64,000 nt of DNA, taken from positions 108,190,001-108,254,000 of the forward strand of contig OZ024741.1 of assembly GCA_964016885.1 (NCBI GenBank), read 5' to 3'. Each line of letters opens with the position of its first letter. Positions within the stretch are counted from its first letter, which is position 1. The notes beneath the pieces were generated by a model. It was not told where the DNA came from, made no database searches, and was given only the letters and a program-made list of their open reading frames with translations. Made by a program: the position numbers and the translations under genes. This document shows positions 11,965 through 25,429 of this stretch, piece after piece. Origin of the DNA: Eledone cirrhosa. Taxonomy: Eukaryota.

Positions 11965-12860
11965 AATAATTGTTTCTACTTTTGGCACAAGGCCAGCAAT
12001 CATTCCAGTGTATTACTGGTACCTTTATTTTATCGACCCCGCAAGTATGAAAAGCAAAGTTAACCTCGGCGGGATTTGAACTCAGACCATGAAGGGCCGT
12101 AACTGTTTGCTGCAAAGCATGGCGTCAGACCCTCTGCCGTTCGATATATCTCTTATCTAAACCGTAACTCTTGATGTACACCTGAGGGGGAGGGGCTGTC
12201 GTGATATACGTGGTTTGAATTAAGAGAGCAGAGAGTTGGAACAAATACTGTAAAGCACTCTACCCGACGTTCTAACGCCTCTGCCAATTCGCCACCAAAG
12301 GCTCGATATAATCGTTTATATAATAATAATTGTTTCTATTTTAGGCACAAGGCCAGAAAATTACCCAGTACATTACTGGTACTTTATTTTATCGACCCCG
12401 TAAGAATGAGAGGCAAAGTTAACCTCGGTGGGATTTGGACTCAGATCATAAAGAGACGTAATTATATAATAATAATGATTTCTAGTATAGACACAAGGCC
12501 AGTAATTTGGGGGGAGGAGAAAGTCCATTAAATCGACCCAGTATGTTACTGGTGCTTTTATCGACCCCGTAAGGATGAAAGGCAAAGTACACCTCGGTGG
12601 GATTTGAATTCAGACCGTAAAGGGGCGTAACCCGATGCTACAAATTATGGCATCCGACCTCTGCCTATACAGCCAATCCAATAATAATAGTAATAATAAT
12701 GGTTTCTTATATAGGCACAAGGCCAGCAATTTTGGGAGGGGGGTAAGTCGATTAAATCCTCCCCAGTACATTACTGGTACTTTATTTTATCGACCCCGTA
12801 AGGATGAAAGGCAAAGCTAACCATGCCGGGATTTAAACTCAGACCGTAAAGGGCGCAGAA
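11965..12860 (-). mobile_element. Cluster of about five tRNA-type SINE copies
   Basis: Repeated TTTATCGACCCCGTAAG..AAAGTTAACCTCGG.GGGATTTGAACTCAGA; B box GAGTTCAAATCC on the minus strand. Confidence 0.85.
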
Positions 12861-12869
12861 TTGTACTGA

Positions 12870-13815
12870 AGGAGAGGACAATAGACCAGGGGATGTCCAA
12901 GGAGGAAATAACAACAAGGAGAAAGAGCAGCCTTCATGAAAAATCCCTTCATAGTACCTTCTTTGAGAAAACTGAATTCAGAGATCCACAGACATGGAAC
13001 TGGTTGAAAAGAGGAGACCTTAAAAAGGCTACAGAAGGAATGTTGATGGCTGCGCAGGAGAAGGCCCTCAAAACGAAGTGGTTGAAACACCATATTTACA
13101 AGGAGGAGGCTAGCCCACTGTGCAGCATCTGTGGAGAGAGAGAGGAGACTGTGGCTCACATTGTATCCGAGTGTAAACACCTAGCCCAGACTCAATATAA
13201 GGGCTGGAGACATGATGTGATGGGCAGGGTGATCCACTGGCACCTATGCAAAGTAAACAATTTACCACATTCTGAGAAGTGGTATGAGCATCAGCCAGAG
13301 TCGGTGATAGAAAACGATCAGGTGAAGGTGCTGTGGGATTTTAAGATACAGACGGACAAGAAACTGGAACACAATAGACCTGACCTGGTAGTTTTGCACA
13401 AGGAAAAAAGATCGTGCCTGATTGTGGATGTGGCCTGCCCATTCGACACGAGAGTGCAAGAGAAGGAGAGGGAGAAAATTAACCGACACCAGGAATTAAA
13501 GTGGGAGGTAAAATGGATTTGGAACTGCCATGAAGTCAAAGTGGTCCCGATTGTCATAGGCGCACTAGGTACTATCTCAAAAAGTTTCCAGGGATGGTTA
13601 AAGAAAATTGGCCCCTTCACGCATTTTGGAACGCTTCAAAAGGCATGCTTGCTGGGAACAGCCAGAACCCTCCGATACGTCCTGAATATCTGAGGCTGCA
13701 GGTAGTGGCTTGATATTCATTTCAACAAACTTTCCAATTAACTAATATCAATGACTGAGACTCAAATAATAATAATAATAATAATAATTATAATAATAAT
13801 AATAATAATAATAAT
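12870..13815 (+). mobile_element. R4/Dong-clade LINE 3' part with restriction-like endonuclease and (TAA)n tail
   Basis: ORF 12893-13693: CSICGEREETVAHIVSEC, RHD, WD..IQTD, RPDLVV, VDVACPFD, IGALG. Confidence 0.9.
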
Positions 13816-16800
13816 GTTTTCTTTATTGACCACAATGGTTTACATAAAGTAGACATTAAGGACAGTACAGGACAATACAGGACGGTACAAATGGGCATTT
13901 CTGCGTGTAAAAAAACAGAGGATGTAATAAAATAACAAAGAAAAAATTCCCCAATAGGGGGGAGACTTCCGAGGGACATTTGTAGAGAAAGCCCTGTAAA
14001 AGACCACAGTGAACCTGACCAACAGGGCAAGTGCCCTCTCCCAGTTTTCCACCTTTAATTTACAGACACATACTCAGAGAAGGCCCATTCATTCGAGCCA
14101 AACTTGCTTCTCTCACCCATCTTTCAACAAAATGCTGGGAAGAGAGCACTTCCCTCTCTACCCTGATTTTCCTTTTCAAATGAAATTTGAAAAAGTTAAT
14201 CAGGGCATCACCGAAGAGGTAAGTGCTCGTCTTCAGCCATTTCAAACGTGTCCACCATACTATCTCTTTCGCCATGGCCACCAGAGAGATAAAAATTGCC
14301 TGCCCTTCCCGACTAAAGGAAGAGGGCGGGGCAATCCTCACGATGGACTTAGCTGATAGCTGGATCCGTCCTACACGTGACAGCAGGTGTTCGACATAAA
14401 CCCACAAGTCAGCAATGCTCGGACACTGGACGAGTGCGTGCAGGACGGTTTCGTCGCCCTGTGCGCATCTCGGACATGCCCGGCTGAGGGCACCTCCATG
14501 CCTGTAGAGTTTATCCCGAACTGGCAAAGCTCCCCGGTAGCACTGCCAGGCCTGGGATTTCTGGAAGTTGTCTATAGGCCCCGGCCCGAAAGTCCTTCCG
14601 AAGAGATTGGCTAGTTGATTTTCGTCAACGCCTAGAGTTTCTCCAAGTACGTCGTCGCTCTTCCCCTCCACTAATCCTCTATAGAACGCCAAGGTAGAGT
14701 TTCCACCGATCACATTGCCCGATTGGTCGAGGGCTGTGAGCGCCTGAAGACATTCCAGTCTCCAAGTGCTCCCTCTCGGTCTTCGCTTGATCCAGGACTG
14801 CAGCTCCGTTAAGGAGACGAGCTGGGGAAAGACGTGTCTAGCAAACGGCGACCATACCTGATCACCGTCGAGGAAGAGGTGGAGATGTCGTAGCCTGAGC
14901 GCGTGTCTGCGCATCATCAGCCACGGCATGCCCAGCACTCCACGTAGCAGGTGTTGACAGCAGATGGACCGCCAGACCATCGGAGCGCGTCCCTTCCACA
15001 AAAAGCGAATGAGGAAACGCTCCAGCGCAGTCAGGCGGGGCTTAGGACAAGGTATGACTGTGAGGCGGTAGTAGATGACGGACGCGATGTACGCGTTAGC
15101 CACCTCCGCTCAACCTTTCAGGGATAGCTTCCTCTCCGCCCATTTCTGGGTGGGAGAAGCCAACCTGCTCGTCACCTCGTCCCAGTTTTTGTCCGTCTGG
15201 AGGTCCGGACCAAACCAGACTCCTAGCAATTTAACCAATCCGTCTGTACAGCGCCCGACGACGCTGTTGGACGGCATGGACCTGCCTCTCCACGTGCCGA
15301 GCTGCAGCCCCACTGACTTTTCCTGGTTGATCATTGCTCCTGTCACCGCTTCGTATTCTCTTAGTGTAGTGCCGATCGCCTCGATGTGTTTGGCGTCCGA
15401 CACCACTACGGTGACATCGTCCGCATATGCTGACACGGATCTTCCGCATCCTAGTTATCGCGGGCGGCCCCTCAACGTCTCCAGTTTGTGCAGTAATGGC
15501 TCGAGAGTCAATACGTACAAGAGGGACGAGAGGCAAATCTGTGTCAGACCGAGCGCATGATGTTGAACGGTTCCGAAAGGTGGCCGTTCACTCTCACCAC
15601 AGAGCAGATGTCGCTGTGCATGGCAGCGATCCAGCCTCTGAAGACGGGCCGAAAGCCAGCCGCCCTCAGGACTGCCGCTAGGTAACGATGGTCGATCCTT
15701 TCGACAGCTTTCGACTGATCTAAATTGATCAAGTCCCACCCGTGCCAGGTTCCTTAGCTATCCTCTCTACGATGTATCCCATGAGGTGGAGGTTGTCGTG
15801 GATGGATCTGTCTGGAATGGTGCATGTCTGCGCCCCTCCCACCAGACCACCAACGACAAGCGCCAACCTCTTTGCTAACACCTTGGCCAAAATCTTGAAC
15901 TCTGTGTTTAGCAGAGTTATGGGCCGGAAATTATCTATGTTATCCCCCTTGTTCGGATCCTTTCTCAGCAGCGCCACTGCTCCTCGGCTCACAGAGCTGG
16001 GAATTTTCCCGTTCTGTTGCCAGTTGCAGTAGACGTCCGCCAAGAGGCCTCCGAACAAGTCTGGCATTTGTACGTAAAGTTCATAGGGCAGACCATTCAA
16101 ACAGGCGATTTACCCCTTGTGCAGCCAGTCATTGCCTCCCGTACTTTAGCGGCTGTTATCGGCTTTTCGCAACACTCCGCCTCAGTGGCCGAAAGCCGCG
16201 GCAGTCCGTCGAGGTAGGCACTAAAGTCCATCCCTCGATTCGGCCCACCACTGCTCCCGAACAGCTGGGCGAAGTGTCGTTGGAAAGCTTCACACATTTG
16301 CCCGGGATCGAGTAGCATGCGCCCGTCGTGGTCCACCAAAGACCGGATCGTGGCTTTGTTACCACGACGCGCCTCCGCCACTCGGGCCCATTGAACGGCT
16401 TTCATCCCCTCGTGTCTGAGAGCACGCACCCTAGATCTGACAACGCAGCCTTCGTGCTTTGCATTGAAGAATTGGTCAAGGGCCAATTTCGCCGCAAGTA
16501 CGTCGGTCGTGATGCCTTTGCTAAGCGCCTCGTCTAATTTTCTAACTAATTCTCCCTCTGCTCTATTTTTCTCTATTGCTAAAGCCTTATTAAACCTAAT
16601 GGACTCTATTCTAATTGCTCTTTTCAGAGCAAACCACCAGTTGTTGTTGACGATGGCCCCCGTCAGCGCCCGCTTAACTAGTTCGTTAATTCGGTCTCTG
16701 TAGGCCTTGCGCGCTGGTAAGGACGCGTTTAGCTTCCAGTAGCCGGGTCCTCGTCTATGAAGCCTATCTAAGTCAAGCACACAGATCACGAATTTGTGGT

Positions 16801-19338
16801 CCGTGTAGCTGACTATCTTGAATTGTGAACAGCCTATGCCAGACCTATCTATTTACCTACAAAATACTCTATCTAGATATGATCTGGATGACGCTATGCG
16901 TTTTGTCCAAGTCCAGATTGGCACATTCGGGAAATCCAATCGGTATCTGTCAGACAGTTCACAACGCCTGAGCATGTTGGTGAGACTCTTGCACCCTCCT
17001 CCCCTATCCGCTAATCCTACACAGTCCCAGCGTGCATCTAAGATACCGTTCCAGTCGCCCACTAACACTAAAGAGCGGGACGTTCCAAGAAAGGTCTCCA
17101 GACGCCGGAAGAAATCAGGCCGCCCTGCTCCTGTCGGGGCATAGACGGCCACTAGTCTGAAAGCTTGCCCGTCTCCGCTGGTCACCTCCAGCACCACCAA
17201 CTTACCTTCTGGGTCCAGGAAGATGGCCCGTATGGCGAGATCCAAACCTCTCAGATAAATCACAGGAACTCCTCCCCCCGATCCCGGACGGCTGGGAGAT
17301 GCGTACACATCGTAGCCGCCGAAGATCGGTGCGAAGGCCCGTGCTGCGGAGATTGTGGTCTCGCTGATGGCCACTACAACTATGTTCAGTGACCTGAGTT
17401 CGTTGAGCAGGTGGCCCTGCTTCCATGACGACGCCAAGCCACGCAAATTTATGCTGCCTATTCTGAGTGAGGTCATGTTGAAATGGAATGGAAAAGATGG
17501 GAAAGACCACTTACCTTACTTCTCGTAGAGGAAGGACGGTTTCTCCATCCTTTTCACTGCTTGTGGCCTCCTCAGGAAGGATGTCCTTATAAATCCTCCT
17601 GGAGAGTGCTTGTCGGAAGTCTCCAATGTTTTGGGTGATTTTTTGTTTTAGTGTCATGTACGTTTTCTGTGTGATGCGGGTGATTTGTATGTGTGGAGGT
17701 GGTGTGAACTTTTGAGTTGTTGTGTAGTCTTTTTCTGTGATGCTGGTGTTGTGTTGGACGTAGTGTAATAATTGGTTGTTGTTCAAATTTAATGCTGTAG
17801 TGTGTATCGTTTTGGTTGTTTTGTTTTGTTTGCGTTTGTTGTGGGTTTGTTTCTGTTTCGCTTTTTGTTTCTGTTTCGCTGGTGCTAGTTCTGGCGCGTT
17901 GGGTGGTGGTGGTGTTGGTTTTGCTACTGTTGCTGGGGTTGTTGCTGTTACAGTTGCTTCTGTTGTTGCTGCTACAGTTGTTGCTGCCACCTCTGCTGCT
18001 GCTGGTGTGGATGGTTGAGTCACTGGGGTGGGTAAGAGAGGTGGCCTCAACCTTTTAGCCTGAGGGCAGAAAGCCCTTAGGTGGGTTCCTTCACCACAAA
18101 CGACACACCTAGGCTTTCTGCTCTCGACAATTACGGTGAGGTGGCTGCCGTCAGTGAGGTCTATTACCTCTGGGATCTCCTCAATGCTTTTTTGGTCTGC
18201 TTGGATCAGGAGCTCCATCCCAGATCTGGACCAGTTCTCCTGCTTTTCTTTCGCTATTTCGATTATCTTGGTGTTGGTTTCGATGCCGGCGAGGACGGCA
18301 GCTATTAGCCAGGGAATTTCGATGGCCGGTGGAACGTGGGTGACCCTGATCTTGACGAGTCTCTGGCCACAATAGCTTGGGACGAGAGTGAAGTCGTCAC
18401 TTCTTAATGGGGCCATGGAGTGTTCTCTAGCCTCCTCTGGTGTTTCATAGAACACGTCCACGGTTCCATGCTTCTGCCCACGTCTGATGTGGGTTTTTTT
18501 TGCCCACACATGTCCCAAAGCTTTTTGATTTGGGACTCGGATGCCTGTTCCACTCGGCGCGATTTTATATTAATTGTTCGATAATACACGGTGCATAGGC
18601 GCCGATGCTCCATTTTGTTAGAGGGGGGAGGGAGGCTGACCCTGTACCCATCTTTCTTTACCATTTTTTTGGCTTCTTCTAATTCCTCCAGAGTTGCCTG
18701 AAATGCTTCGCACCGTTTTGCTACTCTGGCAAAACTCAGGGTGGTTTTCTTAATGTCATTGTTGCTGTTGTTGTTATCGTTATTTTTGTTATTATTTATT
18801 TTAGTTTCAGTTGTGGTGGTAGTGGCGTCATTTTGGTTGAATTCATTTCGATTTCACGAGTTAATTTATTTTTTTATTTTGTTTCTGTTGTCGCGATGGT
18901 GGTGGGTGTGGTGGTTGTCGCGGTGATGGTGGTGGTGGCGACTTTAACACCTGCAGTCATTGGTAATGGCGGGAAATGAATGTCTGCCTGAGACAAATTT
19001 AAAATATTGTTACTGCTTATATTTGTTTTTGTGTTGGCAAACGTAGTAACATTTACAATGGTGGTGTCGGTGTGAGGTGTTAATTTGTGAGGAAGGCTTT
19101 CAGCTGCTTGTTGCAGAGGTGAATTAGCCATTCTTTTCAAAGAAATTTTTTGATAATAATAAAAGTTTAAATTTTGGGCACAAGGCCCCAATCTTTTTGG
19201 GTGTCCTTTTCGGAAAACAATGTATGTGCGCTTATAAACAGTTAACAATAAAATTTTCCATAAATGACAATTTTTAACAAACGGAAATAACAAACCTTTG
19301 CGGAGCTCACGATGATACGATTTACTACGTAGGTCGCC
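13816..19338 (-). mobile_element. Full-length decayed Tx1/L1-clade LINE
   Basis: Same termini as 43129-49027. ORF1 and ORF2 are broken by frameshifts, and ORF1 has an internal deletion. Confidence 0.93.
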
Positions 19339-19365
19339 AATAATAATAATAATAATAATAATAAT

Positions 19366-20690
19366 GATTTCTTTATTGGCCACAAATGCTGACATCAAGA
19401 AAAACATTACAGACGGCACAGGACCGTACAGGACGGTACGATGTGGGTTTTGTGCGTGTAAATATTTTTTATTATTTATATAAAAGAAAAAAAAGGACAT
19501 AGAAACATATATATATATATATAAACAATATAAATGAAAATTGAAACAATGAAAAATTCACCAATAGGGGGGAAACCTCCGAGGGTTACTCGTGGCGAAA
19601 ACCACACAAAAGACCACGGCCACCCTGACCACCAGGGCAAGCGCCCTCTCTCAATTTTTCCATATCTCAAACTACAGACGTATATTCATAGTTCACTCGG
19701 ACCATTCTCGCGACATTCACCCACCTTTCAACAAACTTGCTAGAAAGCAGCACTTGCCTCTCCACCCTGGTTTTCCTCTTCAAGTGAAACTTGAAAAAGT
19801 TAATTAGGGATTCGCCGAAGAGGAAAGTGTCTGTCTTTAACCCTTTTAACCTTGTCCACCACACAACCTCTTTCGCCATGGCCACCAGGCGGATGAAAAC
19901 CGCCTGCCCTTCCTCCTCGAAGGAAGACGGCGAGACCATCTGCACAATGGACTCAGACGACAACCGGATCAGTCCCACCCGCAACAGCAACTGTTCGACA
20001 TAGCTCCACAAGTCAGCAATGCTCGGGCACTAAACGAGTGCGTGCACGACGGTTCGTCGCTCTGCGCGCATCTCGGACAGGCTCGGCACTTCCGTGCCTG
20101 TAGAGCTTATCTCGAACAGGCAACGCTCCCCGGTAGCACTGCCAGGCCAGGGATTTTTGGAAGTTATCCATAGGCCCCGAGCTGAAAGGTCTCCGGAAGA
20201 GAGCAAACAGCTGATCTTCTTCGACGCCCAGGATCTCTCCGAGAATGTCGTCGATCTTCCCCTCCACTAGTCCTCTATAGAACGTCGAGGTGGATGGTCC
20301 ACCGATACTGGTGCCCAGCTGGGAGAGGGCAGTGAGCGTCTGGAGACATTCCAGTTTACAAGCGCTATCCCTCGGTCTTTTTCTGACCCAGGACTGCAGC
20401 TCCGTCAAGAAGACGAGCTGTGGGAAAACATGCCTGGCGAACGCGACCACACTTGTTCACCATCAAGGAAGCACCAGAGATGTCGCAGCCTCAGCGCATG
20501 TTTGCGCATCATCAGCCATGGCATGCCCAGTCCTCCACGCAACGGGTGTTGACAGCAGATGGATCGTCTGACCATGGGAGCGCGTCCCTTCCACAAAAAG
20601 CGGAAGAGGAGGCGCTCCATTTTGGTGAGAGTTGGGCTGGAGAGAGGGACGACGGTGTGGCGGTAGCAGATGACGGTTGCGATGTAAGGA
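19366..20690 (-). mobile_element. 5'-truncated Tx1-like LINE, related subfamily
   Basis: RFLWKGRAP, AWQCYRGALPVRDKL, FFKFHLKRK. Confidence 0.88.
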
Positions 20691-20717
20691 TGGTTAAAGA
20701 AGATTAGTCCAGCCCCG

Positions 20718-20870
20718 TTTTGGAACACTTCAGAAGGGATGCTTGCTGGGAACAGCAAGAACCCTCCGATACGTCCTGAATGTCTGAGGCTGCAGGTAGT
20801 GGCTTGATATTCATTTCAACAAACTTTCCAGTTAAATAACATCAATGACTGAAACTCAAAGAACAATAAT
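20718..20870 (+). mobile_element. Short R4/Dong 3' end
   Basis: Matches 13625-13770. Confidence 0.85.
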
Positions 20871-21060
20871 AATTGTTTCTACTTTTGGCACAAGGCCAGC
20901 AATTATCCAGTGCATTACTGGTACTTTATTTTATCGACCCCGTAAGGATGAAAGGCAAAGTTAACCTCGGCGGGATTTGAACTCAAACCATAAAGGGGCG
21001 TAACTCTTTGCTGCAAAGCATAGCGTCAGACCCTCTACCGATACTGCCAATCCACCAACA
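20871..21060 (-). mobile_element. Full-length SINE
   Basis: Matches 25648-25835 in reverse. Confidence 0.85.
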
Positions 21061-21602
21061 ATAATAATAAAAATAAATCATGCTGCTAATCATCTAAATG
21101 AGAAATAGTTAAATATGTATCACACTGCAAAATATTAATAATATAGAAGCAGGGATTATATTATCTTTTACTGTCTGCCCCATGTATTTAGAACCTTTTA
21201 CGTGTGTCATGTTAATAAATGTCATAGTTAACATATATGCAGCTGCTTTTATTAGGCATCATCGTATTTTGATATTATATCTCCATTAACGTTAATCTCA
21301 TAAAACAATGTGTATCATTATTGTATTGTTATATATTTTTATTGCTTTAGTATTAATCTAAGAAAACAATGGAAATCATTCTTGCATTATTTTTTTCTAT
21401 AAACTGCTTTCATGACTGGGGCAGAACATTCAGGGGATTTACTAGATCATATATTGAACATTTCAGTTTATATTCTAGTATTTATTTTATCAATGTCTGT
21501 TTATCGAATGTTTAAATTACGCTCACACCGGTAAACGTAAAGCCAAACGACATACGAACACGCACACACACACACACACACATACTCACACATACACACA
21601 CA

Positions 21603-21678
<76 letters not shown>

Positions 21679-21769
21679 TTATATATACACACACATACAC
21701 AGACGCAAACACAGAAACACATACACATAAACATATATTCGTGGCAACAAGCGGCAGAAATGGTATTCA

Positions 21770-22110
21770 TCAAAGAGATTTGGAGCAACGTTACTCGATA
21801 AGTTTCCGAAGCTCGGATATCAGAGAATCACTATGGGTAGAGACACTACGTCCCGTAATTGAGAGATCACAACTCTGATTCTACGGTTATGTGATCAGCA
21901 TGTCTAAGGATAGAATCGCTGGATGGATTTTACAGGTTAAACCAACTGAGAGGAGATCCAGAACTAGACAAAGAGCGAGCTAGATTGTTGGATAACATGT
22001 ATAAGCGCGCTTGGCCTCAATTGATGGTCCAGACATATCAATTGGGGACGGTGGCTCCTGAAATGAAACCTCTGGAAGTCGTTCTGGGGATTTGATCCCA
22101 CGAACCTCTC
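21770..22110 (+). mobile_element. Decayed RTE-like 3' fragment
   Basis: Similar to 25030-25300; IERSQL-F-GYV..M...R-type remnants. Confidence 0.55.
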
Positions 22111-22137
22111 AAGAATATGTGAGCGAAGATCTCTCGC

Positions 22138-22173
<36 letters not shown>

Positions 22174-22285
22174 TCTCTCCCTCCCTCTCTCTCTGCATAT
22201 ATATATACATATACATATATATATATATATTTATACGCACACACACACATATATATATGTATATATCCATCTATCTATCTATCTA

Positions 22286-22344
<59 letters not shown>

Positions 22345-22410
22345 TTATATATATATATTTATACACACACACACACACATACAAACACTCACACATATAT
22401 ATATATAAAT

Positions 22411-22460
<50 letters not shown>

Positions 22461-22465
<5 letters not shown>

Positions 22466-23186
22466 TATGTACACGTAGTATGTATATATATATACATACA
22501 TGCACACATATATATATGTACGTATGGATTCACCGAACATTTATTATAATGCTTGGTGCGTTTGTAAACAAACATCCCGTATTAAGCCGTAGTGTCTAGC
22601 AACCATCGTTGCTCGTTGTTCAACACTGACAAAGGAACGCTGTAGTAGTTTCAAGCTTATTAGTTATCGTGAGCAACGTATACATTCCTGCTAGATTGTT
22701 GAACGTATATACATACCTTATGCATATTAACGGCTGAGTAGCCCAATTTGCACATCGAGTGGGTTTATGGGCCGGGTGGACCGAAAACGCTAAACAGAAA
22801 AAATGAAACGAAATTCCATTTCCCACTCTTAGTACGGCTGTTACTTAAATATAAGTATGTACACGTACGTACATATATGTATACAGACGTACAGTAGTAT
22901 GTATGTATATATATACATATATGCACACATATATATATGTACGTATGTATTCACCGAACATTTATTATAATGCTCGCTGTGTTTGGAAACAAACAACCCT
23001 AGCATTATAATAAATGTTTGGTGAATCCATACGTACATATATATATATGTGTGCATGTATGTATATATATATATACATACTACTGTACGTCTGTATACAT
23101 ATATGTATGTACGTGTACATACTTATATTTAAGTAACAGCCGTACTAAGAGTGGGAAATGAAATTTCGTTTCATTTTTTCCGTTTA
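22461..23186. mobile_element. Short non-coding element family A: partial tandem plus inverted arm
   Basis: Direct repeat with period ~390 (22461/22851); 22791-22974 inverted at 22999-23186; decayed hammerhead near 22640-22675 (-). Confidence 0.75.
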
Positions 23187-23243
23187 TATATATATATATA
23201 AATGGATATATATATATAGAGTGAGAGATGGATATATATATAT

Positions 23244-23943
23244 AGTGTGTTTGGCCTTTAACGTTTGTTATAGCTCTGGTTCATCTGAATCATTGAACAC
23301 TTGCCGCACATCTCGGAGGTTGTTTTTCGTTATTTCGTGGGCCGAAATGCGAATCTCGATAATTTATGTTTGTATTATTCTCCAGACTCTAGCTATTGAC
23401 CAGTTAATTTTCTTGATTTTATAGTTGATTCTATTGACTGATGGATAGCTTATGTTAATTTTAACCGTTCTGTTGTGAACTCTATTCGATTTGAGATGTT
23501 TTTGCATTCTTGCAAAAATATACACACCTGAATTCATTCGCCTGATATAGGGGTTGCCTCCCTTGCCGATCCCCACGTGGGGTCAGCAATAGTCAGTCTT
23601 TGTATTAACATTGAACTAAAACCTGTTGAGAAAGTGGCTTCCTTGTTCAATCATCTTACCAGAAGCCTGACATTATTTATGTAAGCGGACGGTACATGAT
23701 TTAGGAGCCGCAGAAACCCATAAACAAGATTTTAACAAAACTTCCAGGGGCCCGGGTAGATTTTCAATACCCGAATTACTTGATCGTTTTTTTGGCTATG
23801 CGAATGATTGTTTAACCATCGTCTCAGTGTGTTTGGCCTTTAACGTTTGTTATAGCTGTGGTTCATCTGAATCATTGAGCACTTGCCGCACATCTCAGAG
23901 GTTGTTTTTCGTTATTTCGTGAGCCGAAATGCGAATCTCGATA

Positions 23944-23948
<5 letters not shown>
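23244..23948. mobile_element. Family B, terminally redundant 582-bp unit
   Basis: ~120-bp direct repeat at 23244 and 23826; (TA)n flanks. Confidence 0.8.
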
Positions 23949-24035
<87 letters not shown>

Positions 24036-24083
24036 TGGCGTGTGAGTGTGTGTGTGTGTGTGTACATATATGTGTGTGTGTAC

Positions 24084-24119
<36 letters not shown>

Positions 24120-24121
<2 letters not shown>

Positions 24122-25340
24122 AAACTGGACACAGCAGTTGACTCTGTTGAGATCACTGAAGAAATTGAATCATATTGGAAGGGTCTCCGGGATATTGCAC
24201 CCACTGTATCCTTAGATGTTTTCGGACTACCTGGTCGGAAGCACCAGAGTTGGTTTGATGATAACATCAACGTCCAGCTCTAGATTGAACAATTGCACAG
24301 CTCCCACAAAGGGTGGATAAATGATAGGAACTCGCCAATGAAACAGCAGGCATACAAAAATTGCAAGATTCGGGTTCAATGTGCTTCCAGGAAAATGAAA
24401 AGGGCTTGGTGGTCTGCAAAGGCTACTGAAATCCAACAAGATGCATATAGCAAAGAATGTTATGTCTTCTTTGGTGGTTTGTGGAAGGTGTATGTTCCTC
24501 AAGAAAGTACTGTCTCATTGGCTCTCTCATCTGATGGGCAGATACTTCTGAGAGACATGTCGGACAACACTGATGACGGCATCATAACGTCCTTATGCCT
24601 ACACTCTGAAATACCTGAAATGTCCAATAAACCAACAACAGCAGGCAGTGAATTTCTCCATCAGGAAAACCAGGGCTGAGAAACTGAGACACTCATCCTC
24701 TCAAGGAAGCCTACGCAGTGCACTCCTACATGCGAATGGAAATCCGTTGAAGCAAGTGGGGAAGTTCAACTATTTCAGTGCTGTGTTCAGGGGTAATTGA
24801 AGGCAGGAAGCTGAATTAAGTGCCAGGATTGTTGGAGCTGGTGCAGTAATACTCCAGCTTCAGCATTCGGTAATTAGAAGGGAGGTAGGTGTAAAAGCCA
24901 AACTCGCTATCTTCAATTAGGTATTCGCGCTAAACCTTACCTATGGTCATGAATCTTGGGGAATAACCGAAAGAATACGATCGTGAATACAAGCGGCCGA
25001 AATGGGGTTTCCTCACGAAGTCTCTTCGGAGTAATGTCACTCGATAGTGTGCATAGCTCGGAGTTCAAAGAGTCGCTCCAGTTAAGGCTGCTACTTCTCT
25101 GAATTGAGAGATTACATCTCCGATATTATCGCATATACTTAACATGTCTCAGGACAGAGTCACCTGACAGATTAGCAAAACTAGTCGCCAGGAAACACGG
25201 GGGGTAGACCCCCGAGCAAGATTGTTGGATAACATTCATGAGCTTGGTTTGTCTCACTTGGTGATCAAGCATGATCAGTTGGAAACGGTTGTTCTCAGAG
25301 GACTCGGTAAAGGATTTTGTGGAGGTGTCTACCTTCACGA
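24120..25340 (+). mobile_element. Decayed RTE fragments
   Basis: RKHQSWFDDN, RKMKRAWWSAKATEIQ, and LTYGHESW..QAAEMGF-type remnants. Confidence 0.75.
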
Positions 25341-25429
25341 CGCTAATGCGTAATGGGAGGTAACTAGCTAATTAAATTAAATTAAATTATATAGGAAAGA
25401 ATCGGTTATTTAAATTATTGGCTCTAATA

